From Candidatus Delongbacteria bacterium (GTDB lineage: Bacteria; CAIWAD01), in NCBI GenBank assembly GCA_963663545.1, contig OY760505.1, forward strand, positions 480,001 through 544,000: a DNA stretch of 64,000 nucleotides. The letters are read 5' to 3'. A program made the translations under genes and the position numbers. The notes beneath the pieces were generated by a model. It did no database searches, was not told the origin of the DNA, and saw only the letters and a list, made by a program, of their open reading frames with translations. Shown piece after piece: positions 1 to 11,100 of the stretch (the first letter of the stretch is position 1; every line of letters begins with the position of its first letter).

Positions 1-3000
1 CAAAGATAGAGGCTTTGACCTCCCTGGATGCCAGCTTCCACATTGAAATCGCCGCCTGTGATACGAACGCCATCGGAGTCACTGACGGGCACACTTCCCA
101 GTTTGTACCACGCTGCAGCAATTCCGCTGACATCATAGGGATCCTCCCACTCGATCTCGAAGTCGTTTTCATTGGTCCACGAACTGGGATCCTCATCAGC
201 ATCAATGGGCGCACCCGGCGCCGTGTGATCCACCGTCGCCAGCACCACTAGATCCAAGGTGGATTCATCCGGATCATCACTCTGCACACGTACACTCCCG
301 CTGTCATCGCCACTCAGAAGATCCCAGCGAACGCTTGCACTCAGCTCTTGCTCAGTTCCCGGCTGCAGAGTCATGGGCAAGTCAGGAAGAGCGCCCAGCT
401 CAATCCAATTCTGCTGCGGTGCAATACTGCTCACGGTCAAGGCAGCCGCTCCCGTATTACGAATAGCAAACGTTCCGCCCAGGGAAGCCATCGCCGCAGC
501 CAGATCAAGACGTCCCGCTCCCAGCTCTCCGAGATAGGAAGGGTTCTCGTCGTCAATACTCAGTGCGGTGCTGGTTAGCGTGTTCATCACCTCCGTCGGC
601 GTGAGTGCGGGGTTGCGACTCAACAGCAGAGCCGCAGCTCCCGCCGTCAAGGGACAAGCCATCGAAGTCCCGCTCATGGTGCAGTAGCCACCGGTGTTAC
701 AAGTGCTGAGAATGCTGACTCCCGGAGCGGTGATATCGATCCAGTCGCCGTAATTGCTGAAGCTCGCCTTTTGGTCTAAGTCGTCGCTGGCTGCCACACT
801 CAGGGTTTGCACGATTCCATCAATGGCACTGGGTGAATCCAGATTGTCATTGCCGGCAGCGTGACACACAACAACACCTTGATTGAAGGCATACGTGATC
901 GGTGAACTCAACAGACTGCCACCACCAAAACTGAGGGAAACAACACGGGCTCCGTGTTCCACCGCATACTCGATGGCCGCTGCAGCAAAGGAAAAAACAA
1001 CAGTGCCCTGGCCCAGGGTGTTCTCGTAACCGGCTCGTAGCGCCATTACAGGGCAACCGAAGCTGGCCCCGGCCACACCGATGCCGTTATCGGTGCTCGC
1101 CGCAGCGATCCCCGCACAATGCGTTCCGTGGCCGTTGAAATCGGCGGGATCATTGTCCTCTTCGTCACTGTCTTCTCCGCTGGCCGCCCCGCCGATGTTG
1201 TCCACCCAATCCCAGCCGCGTACATCGTCGATGTAGCCATTGCCGTCGTCGTCCACACCATTGTCAGCAATCTCACCCGCGTTCGTCCAGATATCGCCCG
1301 CCAGATCCGTGTGATCCCACTCCACGCCGGTATCGATTATCGCAATGGGTGCCTGACTGTTGCCATGACCGTAGTCCCAGGCCATCTGCGCCCCGATCTG
1401 CGCAAGGTGCCACTGATCATCGTAGCGCGGGTCATCGGGGACCTCCGTCACGGGATAGAGGTAATTGTACTCCGCCCATTCTATGCCGTCGATGGCGGCC
1501 AGCTTCTCGCGAAGAGCTTCCAGATCTGTGTCACCGGCAAGCTGTAGTCGAAGTGTATTACGCAGATAAGCAGGCAATCGTTTGCTGCGATAAACAAAGG
1601 AAAGCGTCTTCACTCCGGGATCGCAAAGAGCTTCATCAGCCTCCTTAATACTAAGCAACCCCTTCTCCACCCGTGGTGACACAGTGTTTGACAGCTTCAG
1701 GATCAACTCACCGGGCAGGTGATCCCAGGTGGCGTCCGGCACGGGAGGCGCTGGCCTTAGCGAATTGCCGCGCTCCGCATCCTGCGGATCCTCGTAGAAC
1801 TCCAGTGTGGCCGGATACAAGTCGATATCGCCGGGCGTGTTCTGCACTGTGATACGACCGGGAGCGTAGTCGTGCTGAATGAACCCGTCGTGTGACACCA
1901 TGCCAGCGATGTAATAGCTGCCTGGTGATACACCTGCTGTATTCCAGTTGTAGAGGTAGCTTCCATTCACGGGCTGAGCCAACACCAGCCAACTCTCGTT
2001 GCCCGAATCCCAGATTTGGTCGGCATCAAGCCGAAGCGCAACAGTGGCCTCTTGTGGTGCTCCCGCCTCGTACGCCAGGCTGATCACATCGCCCTGCATC
2101 ACGGTTACGTTGGTTGACGGTTGCAGCACATCGATATACATCTGTGTCACGTGAACGGTAATTGAATAGCTGCCGAAGCCCAGGCAATCGGGATTGCTAC
2201 CAGGGTAGCCATCAGTGGGATCGTAGCTGCATCCGGTCCAGCCGCTGCCGCACAGTCCCATGCGATAGTGGACGATGAAACTGCCCCAGTTCTTCGGACT
2301 GCAGTTGACATAGAGATTGTTGCTCTCACCCGACGACCAGCCACCAGCATCCATACCCTCGATCATCCAGTAGTCGGCGTATTGATCGCCGCTGACGATG
2401 GGCGTACTGCCATCCACCAGGTTCTGAAAGGCAGTGTGCGTCGTCAGGTCACTGCTCGTTGAAGCGCTGACACTGAAGCGCGCGTTGTCTGTGCTGGCCG
2501 TGTATTGAGTGAAGGCCAGTGTCAGATTGGAATTTTCAGCAGGGGAAGTATCGGTACCATCGTTTTCACCGCGCAGTCGTAGCTCAAAGGACTGCGACAG
2601 ATCCGCCAGACAGACCTCTACGCTACCGCCATTAGCTACGCTGTAACCTTCAACCGTGATGTACTCCACATCCGCAACCAGATCCAATGCTGCGGATTGT
2701 ATCACGACACTTCCCGCTGCGTACTCCCAAGTGTAGTAGCCGCCCTGTGATACCATTCCAGCGATGTAGTACGTGCCCGGCTCCATTGGGCTGGTATCCC
2801 AGTAATGGATGTAGCTGCCATTGACTCCCATGCCAAGAATGATCCAGCCTTCGTTGCCGGAATCCCAACTTGTATCACCATCGTAACGCAGCGAGACACT
2901 GGCATCCAAGGGAGCGCCGCTTTCGTACCCCAGAAGCACCTGCTCGCCTTGTGTCACCGTGACGGTGGAAGCGGGAGACAGCATGTCGAGGTACATGGGT

Positions 3001-4658
3001 TGCACGTCCACGGTAACCGAGTAGCTGCCAAATCCCAGACAGTCCGGATTGCTGCCAGGGTAGCCGTCTGCGGGATCATAGCTGCAACCAGTCCAGCCGC
3101 TGCCGCAAAGACCCATACGCGCATGGATTACAAAATCGCCCCACGTGCGCGGCACACAGTCGACGTATAGATTGTTGCTTTCTCCAGCAGACCAGCCGCC
3201 GCTATCCCAGCCTTCCACCATCCAGTAGTCGGCGTATTGGTCTCCGCCACCAAGGGTCGTGGCTCCGTCCAGCAACGTGGCGTATCCCGTGTGCACCTCA
3301 AGATCGCTGGAGGTAGAAGCACCCACACTGATGTAGGATGCGTCTCCCGAATTGGTGTATTGCTCAAAAGCGAGAGTCAGATTGCTCACGTTGGCAGGGG
3401 CCGCATCAGTGCCATCATTCTCTCCACGTAAACGCACTTCCAGGCTCTGTGAAAGGTCGGAGAGAAAAACGGTTGTACTGCCGCCTAGTGATACACTGCT
3501 GCCATTGATGTAGAGGTATTCCACGTCCGCCTGCAAATCCAGCACTGCAGTGGCGGTCATGGAGAGCGAGTAGGAGTCGATCTCGTTGTTGTTGCCGAAC
3601 TCATCCACTTTGATGTAGTACGTGCCTGCGGCAAGTGTAGCTGTAAGATCTGAAAAGGCACCCGAACCGCCATCATCATCGTAGGCCACTTCGCTCAGGG
3701 CGCCGTCGTACACCCAAAGACGTGTATCACCGGAAGCACCATCGGTCCAAACGCGCACCTCGCTCGTTGAGGAAAGCACAAAGCGTGACCAGTCCTGATC
3801 GTCCTCCGGGCAGATGTTGTGTGTGTGTGATACACCCGAGCTGATGTTTGTGTACTGGCTGTAACTATCATCGGGCTCATACGTGTCGGCACGGCATCCG
3901 GCATCCTGATCCGCAAGCAGTTCGATGCTGTCCACCTGCGCGCCTTCGGACTTGACCACGCTGTCATCGCTCTGAAAGACGAAGGCAATCCAGACCTCGC
4001 TCTGGCCGCAGAGATTGCCAATTGTGGGCACGGCCGTCAGGTCGAAACTGTAGTCCCAGGGCCCCTGGCCTTCACCCGACCACTGATAGCCATAATACGT
4101 GGCGTCATCGATCGAGGCCAGCACTTTGAAGTAATCGTAGCCCGCCTCGCTGTTGTTGCTGAAGACAAAATTTAACTCGGCATCGCTGGCATCGGCCAGG
4201 CTGAATGGGCCGTAGACCATCCACGAATTCATCTCTAGCGGATAGTCCTCGCCGCAGTCGATGCCCAAAGCTCCCAGATCCGCACAACCGGCACTCTCAT
4301 CTTCGCTATCGTACCAGCAGGACCAGTCGTCCCAGTAAGCATCGGCACCATAGATGCGAATGTCCCAGTCCAGCGGAGAGCCGGCTGGCAGGGTTTCACA
4401 ATCCTCCTCCATAAGAGTCACCCAGTCGCGCTGGGGTGCAGGAAGGGTTCCGGCATCATCATCCCATTCGCCTGGCAACGGGCGCCGTGCTTCGCCCGTC
4501 GGGTGTTCAACGACCGTTGCTTCTTTCACCTGGGGCTTACGCCCTTTGCCGTTGCCCAAAGTCTGAGCCACCGTAGCGGACGCTGTGATACTTAGCAGCA
4601 AAGCGCCGAGTAGCACTCTAAATGGAGCTGTGAAAAACAAGCTACGCCGTGGAGTCAT
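1..4658 (-). CDS. Large secreted S8 (subtilisin-like) serine protease, multidomain, truncated by window edge (>1550 aa)
   Basis: Manual translation gives an open frame from ATG 4658 (GGAGG RBS just upstream; alternative ATG 4664) to the window start. It is not in the ORF track because no stop lies in the window. Signal peptide (VLLGALLLSITASA), PPC-like domain (AAGTYYIKV), two 285-aa repeats, catalytic triad motifs IAIIDTGV / NGHGTHCAG / MSGTSMACP and oxyanion HAAGN. Confidence 0.93.
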   Translation of the reverse strand, partial: MTPRRSLFFTAPFRVLLGALLLSITASATVAQTLGNGKGRKPQVKEATVVEHPTGEARRPLPGEWDDDAGTLPAPQRDWVTLMEEDCETLPAGSPLDWDIRIYGADAYWDDWSCWYDSEDESAGCADLGALGIDCGEDYPLEMNSWMVYGPFSLADASDAELNFVFSNNSEAGYDYFKVLASIDDATYYGYQWSGEGQGPWDYSFDLTAVPTIGNLCGQSEVWIAFVFQSDDSVVKSEGAQVDSIELLADQDAGCRADTYEPDDSYSQYTNISSGVSHTHNICPEDDQDWSRFVLSSTSEVRVWTDGASGDTRLWVYDGALSEVAYDDDGGSGAFSDLTATLAAGTYYIKVDEFGNNNEIDSYSLSMTATAVLDLQADVEYLYINGSSVSLGGSTTVFLSDLSQSLEVRLRGENDGTDAAPANVSNLTLAFEQYTNSGDASYISVGASTSSDLEVHTGYATLLDGATTLGGGDQYADYWMVEGWDSGGWSAGESNNLYVDCVPRTWGDFVIHARMGLCGSGWTGCSYDPADGYPGSNPDCLGFGSYSVTVDVQPMYLDMLSPASTVTVTQGEQVLLGYESGAPLDASVSLRYDGDTSWDSGNEGWIILGMGVNGSYIHYWDTSPMEPGTYYIAGMVSQGGYYTWEYAAGSVVIQSAALDLVADVEYITVEGYSVANGGSVEVCLADLSQSFELRLRGENDGTDTSPAENSNLTLAFTQYTASTDNARFSVSASTSSDLTTHTAFQNLVDGSTPIVSGDQYADYWMIEGMDAGGWSSGESNNLYVNCSPKNWGSFIVHYRMGLCGSGWTGCSYDPTDGYPGSNPDCLGFGSYSITVHVTQMYIDVLQPSTNVTVMQGDVISLAYEAGAPQEATVALRLDADQIWDSGNESWLVLAQPVNGSYLYNWNTAGVSPGSYYIAGMVSHDGFIQHDYAPGRITVQNTPGDIDLYPATLEFYEDPQDAERGNSLRPAPPVPDATWDHLPGELILKLSNTVSPRVEKGLLSIKEADEALCDPGVKTLSFVYRSKRLPAYLRNTLRLQLAGDTDLEALREKLAAIDGIEWAEYNYLYPVTEVPDDPRYDDQWHLAQIGAQMAWDYGHGNSQAPIAIIDTGVEWDHTDLAGDIWTNAGEIADNGVDDDGNGYIDDVRGWDWVDNIGGAASGEDSDEEDNDPADFNGHGTHCAGIAAASTDNGIGVAGASFGCPVMALRAGYENTLGQGTVVFSFAAAAIEYAVEHGARVVSLSFGGGSLLSSPITYAFNQGVVVCHAAGNDNLDSPSAIDGIVQTLSVAASDDLDQKASFSNYGDWIDITAPGVSILSTCNTGGYCTMSGTSMACPLTAGAAALLLSRNPALTPTEVMNTLTSTALSIDDENPSYLGELGAGRLDLAAAMASLGGTFAIRNTGAAALTVSSIAPQQNWIELGALPDLPMTLQPGTEQELSASVRWDLLSGDDSGSVRVQSDDPDESTLDLVVLATVDHTAPGAPIDADEDPSSWTNENDFEIEWEDPYDVSGIAAAWYKLGSVPVSDSDGVRITGGDFNVEAGIQGGQSLYL
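1835..3544 (-). repeat. Intragenic tandem duplication (2 x ~855 bp / 285 aa) in the S8 protease
   Basis: Matching motifs are offset by exactly 855 nt (DVEY at ~2675/3530, NPDCLG at ~2182/3037, YYIAGMVS at ~1898/2753). Boundaries approximate. Confidence 0.9.
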
Positions 4659-4996
4659 CGCCATCTCCTCCCGCCCGTGATACATCCGATCACGGGAATC
4701 CGTCTTGTGATACACGTTTCGTTCAGTGGTAGATCACACCAGAGTCGGCGCGTGTGACGAGCGCGCCTGTTCGCTCTTGGCGGGCACGGACCCAACCACT
4801 TTGAGGAAGTCGACCTCCCAGATCTGAAGTAGGAGGTCAAGGGTTAATGAAGGATGAGCAAGGCATGTGGGCAAGAGAATCCTGTTCGTGAAGAAAGCTC
4901 ACGGACAAGTAGAAGCCCGTTTGCACATGCAATTGCGAACAGAATCGGTTAGCAGACGCAATTCAATAGCCGGTCGTAGCGGAGACGGCGTTTTGG

Positions 4997-5551
4997 CTAG
5001 AAGCACAATTCCAAACGAAGGCCAACACCGCTACCGCAGCGCGCCAATGCACAATGATACAGCAGGCTTTTGCTGTCGGTGTGTTGCTGTCCTCCGCTGT
5101 AGAGGGTCTTCCATACGGGCTGGGTGGACCCCACGATGGCTCCCAGCAGGGCACCGGTTCCTGCAAAAGCCGCAACAATGGGCCAGCCGTTCACATCATC
5201 GTCGATCTCGGGATCATCCTTCGCATCCTCGACTCCACGATAGGCGGGAATGCCAAAGGCCAGCGCGCCTAGCAAGGCATAGGGTAGAGCATATGAACCC
5301 CGCTGCACCTTGATCGAGTTCAGCTCAGCCAGGTTCAATGTATCACCTGGAATCTGGTTCAACTTGTAGCTCAGCACGTCATTCTCAATCACTAGGTCGC
5401 GTACATCCATTCGGCCAATTCCCTGCACATACAAGGTTGCCTTGGAATACTCACTTCTGCCCGGAAAGACAAGCTCCTGTGAAAAGGCAGACTGCGTGTG
5501 ACACAAGCCTCCCAGCAACAACGCAGCCAAGCAAACAACGGCGTGTTTCAT
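4997..5551 (-). CDS. Hypothetical exported/membrane protein (signal peptide, glycine-rich hydrophobic helices)
   Basis: 184-aa ORF, GGAG RBS, N-terminal signal peptide, glycine-zipper-like segments (GTGALLGAIVG). Confidence 0.7.
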   Translation of the reverse strand: MKHAVVCLAALLLGGLCHTQSAFSQELVFPGRSEYSKATLYVQGIGRMDVRDLVIENDVLSYKLNQIPGDTLNLAELNSIKVQRGSYALPYALLGALAFGIPAYRGVEDAKDDPEIDDDVNGWPIVAAFAGTGALLGAIVGSTQPVWKTLYSGGQQHTDSKSLLYHCALARCGSGVGLRLELCF

Positions 5552-5616
5552 CCCCTCACTCCTGCATTACTCTTTCGCAACAACATACAGATAATTATAG
5601 ATAGCCTTGCTCGGAA

Positions 5617-6012
5617 TCAAAAGCCCTCCGCTGGTTCCCACAGCTCCACGTTGTTGCCTTCTGGATCTATGACCCAGCCGAACTTGCCGAATTCCGAATT
5701 CTCTGTCTTCTCTACCACTTCGCAGCCCTCGGCACGCAATGCCGCCAGCAGCGCGTCCAGATCGGCCACGCGATAGTTGATCATGAAGGGGCGCCGCGCC
5801 GGTCCAAAGCTCTCTTTCTCGTCCATGACGGACCAGACGGTGCTTCCGCCGGTAGGCTGTCCCGCCGAGTCTGTCCAGGTGAAGTAGGTGCCGCCCCAGT
5901 CCTGCATGTCGAAGTCCAGGTGGCGCTTGTACCAGTCGCGCAGGGCGGAGGGATCTTTGGCGGTAAAGAAAATGCCGCCGATGCCGGTGACTCGCTGCAT
6001 GAAGCTCTCCAT
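5617..6012 (-). CDS. VOC/glyoxalase-bleomycin resistance family protein
   Basis: RVTGIGGIFF...WY...LD, INYRVADLD, GKFGWVIDPEGNNVELWEP motifs. True start may be ATG 6000. Confidence 0.93.
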   Translation of the reverse strand: MESFMQRVTGIGGIFFTAKDPSALRDWYKRHLDFDMQDWGGTYFTWTDSAGQPTGGSTVWSVMDEKESFGPARRPFMINYRVADLDALLAALRAEGCEVVEKTENSEFGKFGWVIDPEGNNVELWEPAEGF

Positions 6013-6083
6013 TGCTAAAGGATTCCGGGGCTGCTGACGGATCGTGACACATGATAGTTGATAAACGCGGACTCATCTAGAGC

Positions 6084-6107
6084 AAAAAGCCCGGCAGGGT
6101 GCCGGGC
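6084..6107 (-). terminator. Rho-independent terminator
   Basis: GCCCGGCA-ccc-TGCCGGGC hairpin followed by TTTTT on the minus strand, downstream of 6133..6741. Confidence 0.75.
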
Positions 6108-6132
6108 CGGGGAATTCTTGGATTTCCGAAGC

Positions 6133-6741
6133 CTAGAAGAAGGTGTAAATGCTGATCCCAGTGGGCGGGCCCGTAGCGATGATGTACTTGGAGAAATGGT
6201 CCACCAGACCATAGACCCAGACATTCTGCACAACGGTTCCATCCTCAAGCCGCTCCGGCTCGACTGCAATTCGCGTCGGGATCGGTTCATACGTGCCGTC
6301 TTCGCGATCGTAAAAAAGCTGCAGGCTTTCGCGGTCCAGGTCGCCCATGTTGTCCACTAAACCAAACTCATAGCCGATTTCAACGCTCTGGCTGAAGACC
6401 AAACCTTCGGGACCGAACTGATAGCCAAAGACCGGCTCATCCCAATCACCCATCCAGTCTGCGTTAATCTCGGTATCCTCGTCGACGGAATTCGGCCTGG
6501 CGTGAAAACGGAAGCCGTTGCTTTCGAAATTGGTGTGGCCACGCTTGGTCAGGGTGAAAAACTGATCCTGATCGACAGCGTTGCCCTTGGCAACTGTAGC
6601 GACGGGTACGATCAGAGTAATCTCGTCTGCTGTGAAGATATTGTCGGTCTGTGAAGGCTGGGTACTGCTGTTTTCGCAGCCAATGAATACGCCCAACATC
6701 CCCAGTAGAGCTATACAAAATCCGATTCTTGCGCTTTTCAT
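6133..6741 (-). CDS. Lipoprotein with ZU5-like beta domain
   Basis: Lipobox-like VFIGC. FGPEGLVFSQSV and DHFSKY motifs typical of ZU5-like domains. Confidence 0.7.
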   Translation of the reverse strand: MKSARIGFCIALLGMLGVFIGCENSSTQPSQTDNIFTADEITLIVPVATVAKGNAVDQDQFFTLTKRGHTNFESNGFRFHARPNSVDEDTEINADWMGDWDEPVFGYQFGPEGLVFSQSVEIGYEFGLVDNMGDLDRESLQLFYDREDGTYEPIPTRIAVEPERLEDGTVVQNVWVYGLVDHFSKYIIATGPPTGISIYTFF

Positions 6742-6791
6742 CGTGGGCTCCTTCGAGTTGTCACCGCTTCCCGGTGGATACCCGAAGGATA

Positions 6792-6807
6792 AGCAAAGCG
6801 CGTGCCA
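6792..6807 (-). promoter_or_regulatory. sigma54 (-24/-12) promoter
   Basis: Minus strand reads TGGCACGCGCTTTGCT, a match to TGGCAC-N5-TTGCW, ~50 nt upstream of the lipoprotein start. An AT-rich IHF-like site (TATCAGTACTTTA, ~6836-6848) lies further upstream. Confidence 0.8.
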
Positions 6808-7006
6808 ATCATGTCACAAATAGCGCATTTATGATTATCAGTACTTTATGCAAAGAATGAAAGCTATCGATATTCTTAAAGCTGTGCTCAGATGAACCGG
6901 ATTGTGCAATTCCACCACATAAGTTGACATGCACCAACTGAGCCAGGTGTGTAATTTCTAACTTCTAACTTTGTTATCCACAATGTTTACTGTATATAGA
7001 GACCCA

Positions 7007-7819
7007 TCAGCCCAGGGCAACGTCCAGGACCATCATCACAGCAAATCCAACCATTGCACCCAGCGTCGCTGTGTCGGTATCACTATCCTGCTGCGCTTCG
7101 GGAATGAGCTCCTCCACCACAACGTAGATCATCGCACCTGCAGCAAAGGCCAGTGCCCAAGGCAGAATCGGGCGCATGGCCAGCACGGCCCAGGCTCCCA
7201 GCACACCAAAGATGGGTTCCACCACACCCGAGGCCTGGCCGTAGAAGAAGGAGCGTGTCCGCGACAGGCCCTCTCGACGCAGGGGCACGGAGACCGCCGC
7301 ACCCTCGGGCAGGTTCTGAATACCGATGCCGATGGCCAGCGCCACCGCTCCCGCCATGGAAGCCGCCGGCAATCCGGCCGCCACTGCACCAAAGGCAACG
7401 CCCACAGCCAATCCCTCAGGCGCATTGTGCAGAGTGATGGCCAGCACCAGCAGCACGCTGCGTTGCCAGCTCGTCTTTACACCCTCGGCATTGTCCATCG
7501 ACTGCCCCAAATGCAGATGCGGCAGTAGACGATCGACCAGATAGAGGAAAGCGCCGCCCAGCAGAAAACCACCTGCAGCAGCCACCCAGGCCGTATTACC
7601 CATGGCCTCGCTCATCTCGATGGCAGGTGCCAGCAGCGACCAGAAACTGGCCGCGATCATCACTCCCGCCGCAAAGCCCAGCATCGAGTTCAGCGCATGT
7701 CGTTCGATGCGCTTGAAGAAAAACACCATCGCCGCGCCCAACGCTGTCATCGCCCAAGTGAAGAGCGTGGCCAGCAGCGCCTGTGTCACAGGATGGAAGT
7801 TGGTGATCCAGTCAAACAT
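7007..7819 (-). CDS. ZIP family (ZupT/GufA) divalent metal transporter
   Basis: [31 protein letters not shown] and [15 protein letters not shown] motifs. Confidence 0.95.
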   Translation of the reverse strand: MFDWITNFHPVTQALLATLFTWAMTALGAAMVFFFKRIERHALNSMLGFAAGVMIAASFWSLLAPAIEMSEAMGNTAWVAAAGGFLLGGAFLYLVDRLLPHLHLGQSMDNAEGVKTSWQRSVLLVLAITLHNAPEGLAVGVAFGAVAAGLPAASMAGAVALAIGIGIQNLPEGAAVSVPLRREGLSRTRSFFYGQASGVVEPIFGVLGAWAVLAMRPILPWALAFAAGAMIYVVVEELIPEAQQDSDTDTATLGAMVGFAVMMVLDVALG

Positions 7820-8131
7820 GCAGCCTCCAGATTCAGGTCCTCAAGATAGCGGCCCAAGGGAAAACATGCTGCACGTGTCTGTTTGTATCACAAGCATTCG
7901 TGGTTTGCGAGCAACATCACCAAGAGCTGATGCTTAGAAGCGATGTCGGCGATCGCAAAAGAGCGAGTCCCATATCCTCTGTTCCGCAAAGGGCCTTCTC
8001 TTCTGGCTACCTTGTCGCATTCATGTGAGACAGGAAATGGGCTCCCGGGCTGCCCTGGCAAGGGACCGACGGGTTGGGGAAACAGAGTCGGTTGGAGAGC
8101 GCCAGGACAGCCGGGAAATCCCGAGCCAAGA

Positions 8132-11100
8132 TCAAGGTCTTGGCTGTGTTCCAGAGGGAGTAGGAACACGGTAGAAGAGGGAGTAGAGAATTGGGACGAA
8201 AATCAGGGTCAGCACCGTGGCGAAGAGCAGACCAAACATGATCGTGATCGCCATGCTTTCCCACAGCGGTCCGCCGCCAAGACAGAGAGGCACCAGACCG
8301 CCCACGGTGGTCGCCGTGGTCAGAATGATCGGACGCAGACGCCCCCGTCCGGCGGCAATAATGCCTTCGACGGGTTCCATGCCGTTTTCATCGATTTCAA
8401 TTCGTATCCGATCCAGCAGCACATTGCCGTTGTTGATCAAGATGCCGAAGAGGCTGATGACGCCCAGAATCGCCAGAAAGCCCATGTCGCCGCGTAATAC
8501 AAAGAGACCGACATTGACTCCGATCATGGACAGCGGCAACGTTAACAGAATGATCGCCGGTCCACGCAGGTTATTGAACTGTAACACGAGCAGGAAGACG
8601 ATCAGCATCAGCGCAATGGGCAGCTTCTCAAAGATGGAGTCCTGCGCCTCCTTGGAGCTCTCCTCCTCGCCACCAAGCTCGTAACGATAACCGAGGGGCC
8701 ATTGCTTGGCGTGCTCGGCGAGCCGAGGTCCAAAACGCGTCAGGAATTCGGTTGGTGTGAGACCGGCCTCCAGGTGCGAGCCCACAGTCAAGGTCTTCAT
8801 GCGATCGCGACGTGGAATACGCGAGTAATCCCAGTGAGGCACCAAATCGGCCACTTGCCGCAGGGGCACCGAAATGCCGCGACTCTGCGAACTGATGGGC
8901 AGAGTTTCCAGGCGACCGATGCTCAGATCCTCCGCCGCTTCACTTCGTAACACAATGGGCAGACGATCTTCGCCTTCGCGATACTCGCTGATGGTCAGGC
9001 CGCTCAGGGTTCCTTGCAGAGCCAGAGCCACGTCCTGGTGGGTGATTCCCGCACGCTGGGCGCGGTAGGCGTCCACATCCACGACCAGCTTCTTGACGCG
9101 GCGCCCCCAGTCATCGCTGATCTGCTGTGATCCAGGAGTACTGGCCAGCAGAGACTGTACTTCCGCAGACAGGGCAAAGAGCTGCTCCGCATCCGGACCC
9201 GAAATGCGCACCTCGATCGGTGTACTTACGGGTACGCCCATGGGTAAACCTTCGACTACTCGATCCACGTCGGCAAAGTGATGATCGATGAAGTTCGTGA
9301 TACGTTGGATAGCCTCCTCGGCTGCTTTGTAGCTGGTGGCGTCAAACAAGTAGCGGATCTGCTCTTCGCCGGGAGGAGTTGCGTCGGCAGAAAGTTTGTA
9401 ACGCGGCATACCACCACCAATGAAGGCGGCCCAATGCGTGATACCGGTCTCGCGACCCTCAGCGACCAGCAGACTATCGCGCATGAAGGCTTCGAGCTCG
9501 TTGTTCATGGCCAGCGTCCGTATATACGGGCTGCCTTTCGGCAGGTCGATCTTGGCGTGGAACACGCTTACTTCGTCATGCGGGAAGAAGGTCTTGGGCA
9601 CAAATCGTCCCAGATAGTTCCCTCCGACAAAAAGCCCCAGAATGACGAGCAGAGTTGTAACACGGTGCTGCAAAAGCACACGCAGTGTATCACCGTACCA
9701 GCGGGTCAGCCCCTCCAATCCGGATTTGGTGCTCTTCGACGGCTTCAAAAAGCGCACGCAGAGCAAGGGAATCATGGTCTGGGAAAGCAGCCAGCTGCAA
9801 ACCAGGGCCAGCGCGATAACGCGAAACAGATCCAGGCAGAACTCGCCCACATTGCTCTCCGCCAGCGAAATGGGCAGAAAGGCGCTGATAATGGAAAGCG
9901 AGGAAGTCAGCAGCGGAAAACCGAGCTGACGGCTGGCGGCCAGCGCCGCATCCTCCACGGGAACGCCCTGTTCCATCTGCACCAGAATGGACTCGGACAT
10001 CACGATGGAATTGTCCACCAGAATGCCCAGCGCAATCATCAGCGCCGCCAGACTGACCATGTTGATGGTGATACCAAACACGGGCATCGCGGCGATGCTC
10101 ATCAGCACGGTCATGGGAATCAGCGTGCCGACAATCAGACCTGTGCGACGCCCCAGCCAGAGCAGCATGACGCCAAAGACGATGGCGATGGACTGCAGCA
10201 GGTTGATCACAAAATTGTCGACCACACCGCGAACGACTTCCGACTCCTGATAGACGGGGTGCATGTGCAATCCAAGTGGCAGCGATTGTTTGAGCTCGTC
10301 AAGACGCGCGTGCACAATGTCGCCCAGCTCAATAATGTTGCCTCCGTCGCTCATGGAAATGCCCATGCCCAGCGCGGGTTCGCCACTGAAATGCAATCCG
10401 CTGGAAGCCGGGTCCACCGTGCGTCGTGATACATTGGCAATGTCACCTAGCTGTATCACACCGTCGCCGCCGGGAAGAGTGAAGCTCAACTCCCGTAGTG
10501 CCTGCACCGACTCCAGGTTTCCCGTGGGCTCAATCAGCACCTGCTCCAGGCCTATGTCGACGCGACCGCCGGGCATAAGAATGTTGTGCGCCGCCAGAAT
10601 CTGACGCAACTGGCCTGAAGTGAGATTGTAGCGTGCCAGTCGTGCCGGATCGTACTCCAGATAGACGCGCTCTTCCTGACTGCCGTAAATCTCCACCTTG
10701 GCTACATGGGGCAGGCGCAGCAGCTCGTCGCGGATCTGGTCGGCGTAGTGCTTCAATTCGACAAGGTCATAGCCCTCGCCTGTGAGACAGTAGAGCAGAC
10801 CGTAGACGTCGCCGAAGTCGTCGTTGACGATGGGACCGATAACGCCTGCGGGCAAGCTTCCGCTGACGGCTTCCACCTTGCGACGCAGCTCATCCCAGAT
10901 GGGACGAAGGTTGTCCTCGCTGGCCTTGATGTTGACATAGACGGTGCTGATGCCTGCACTGGATTCGCTGCTGACGTAGTCCAGCGTAGAGATTTCCTGG
11001 ATCTTCTTCTCCAGCGGATCCGTGATCAGCTCCTCGACGCGCTCGGGGCTGGCACCGGGGAATAGGGTGGTGATGGCCGCCGTACGAATGATGAACTCGG

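Noticed and set aside
6974..6982. DnaA box TTATCCACA suggesting oriC
   Set aside because: Single box, with no cluster and no dnaA/dnaN/gidA context.
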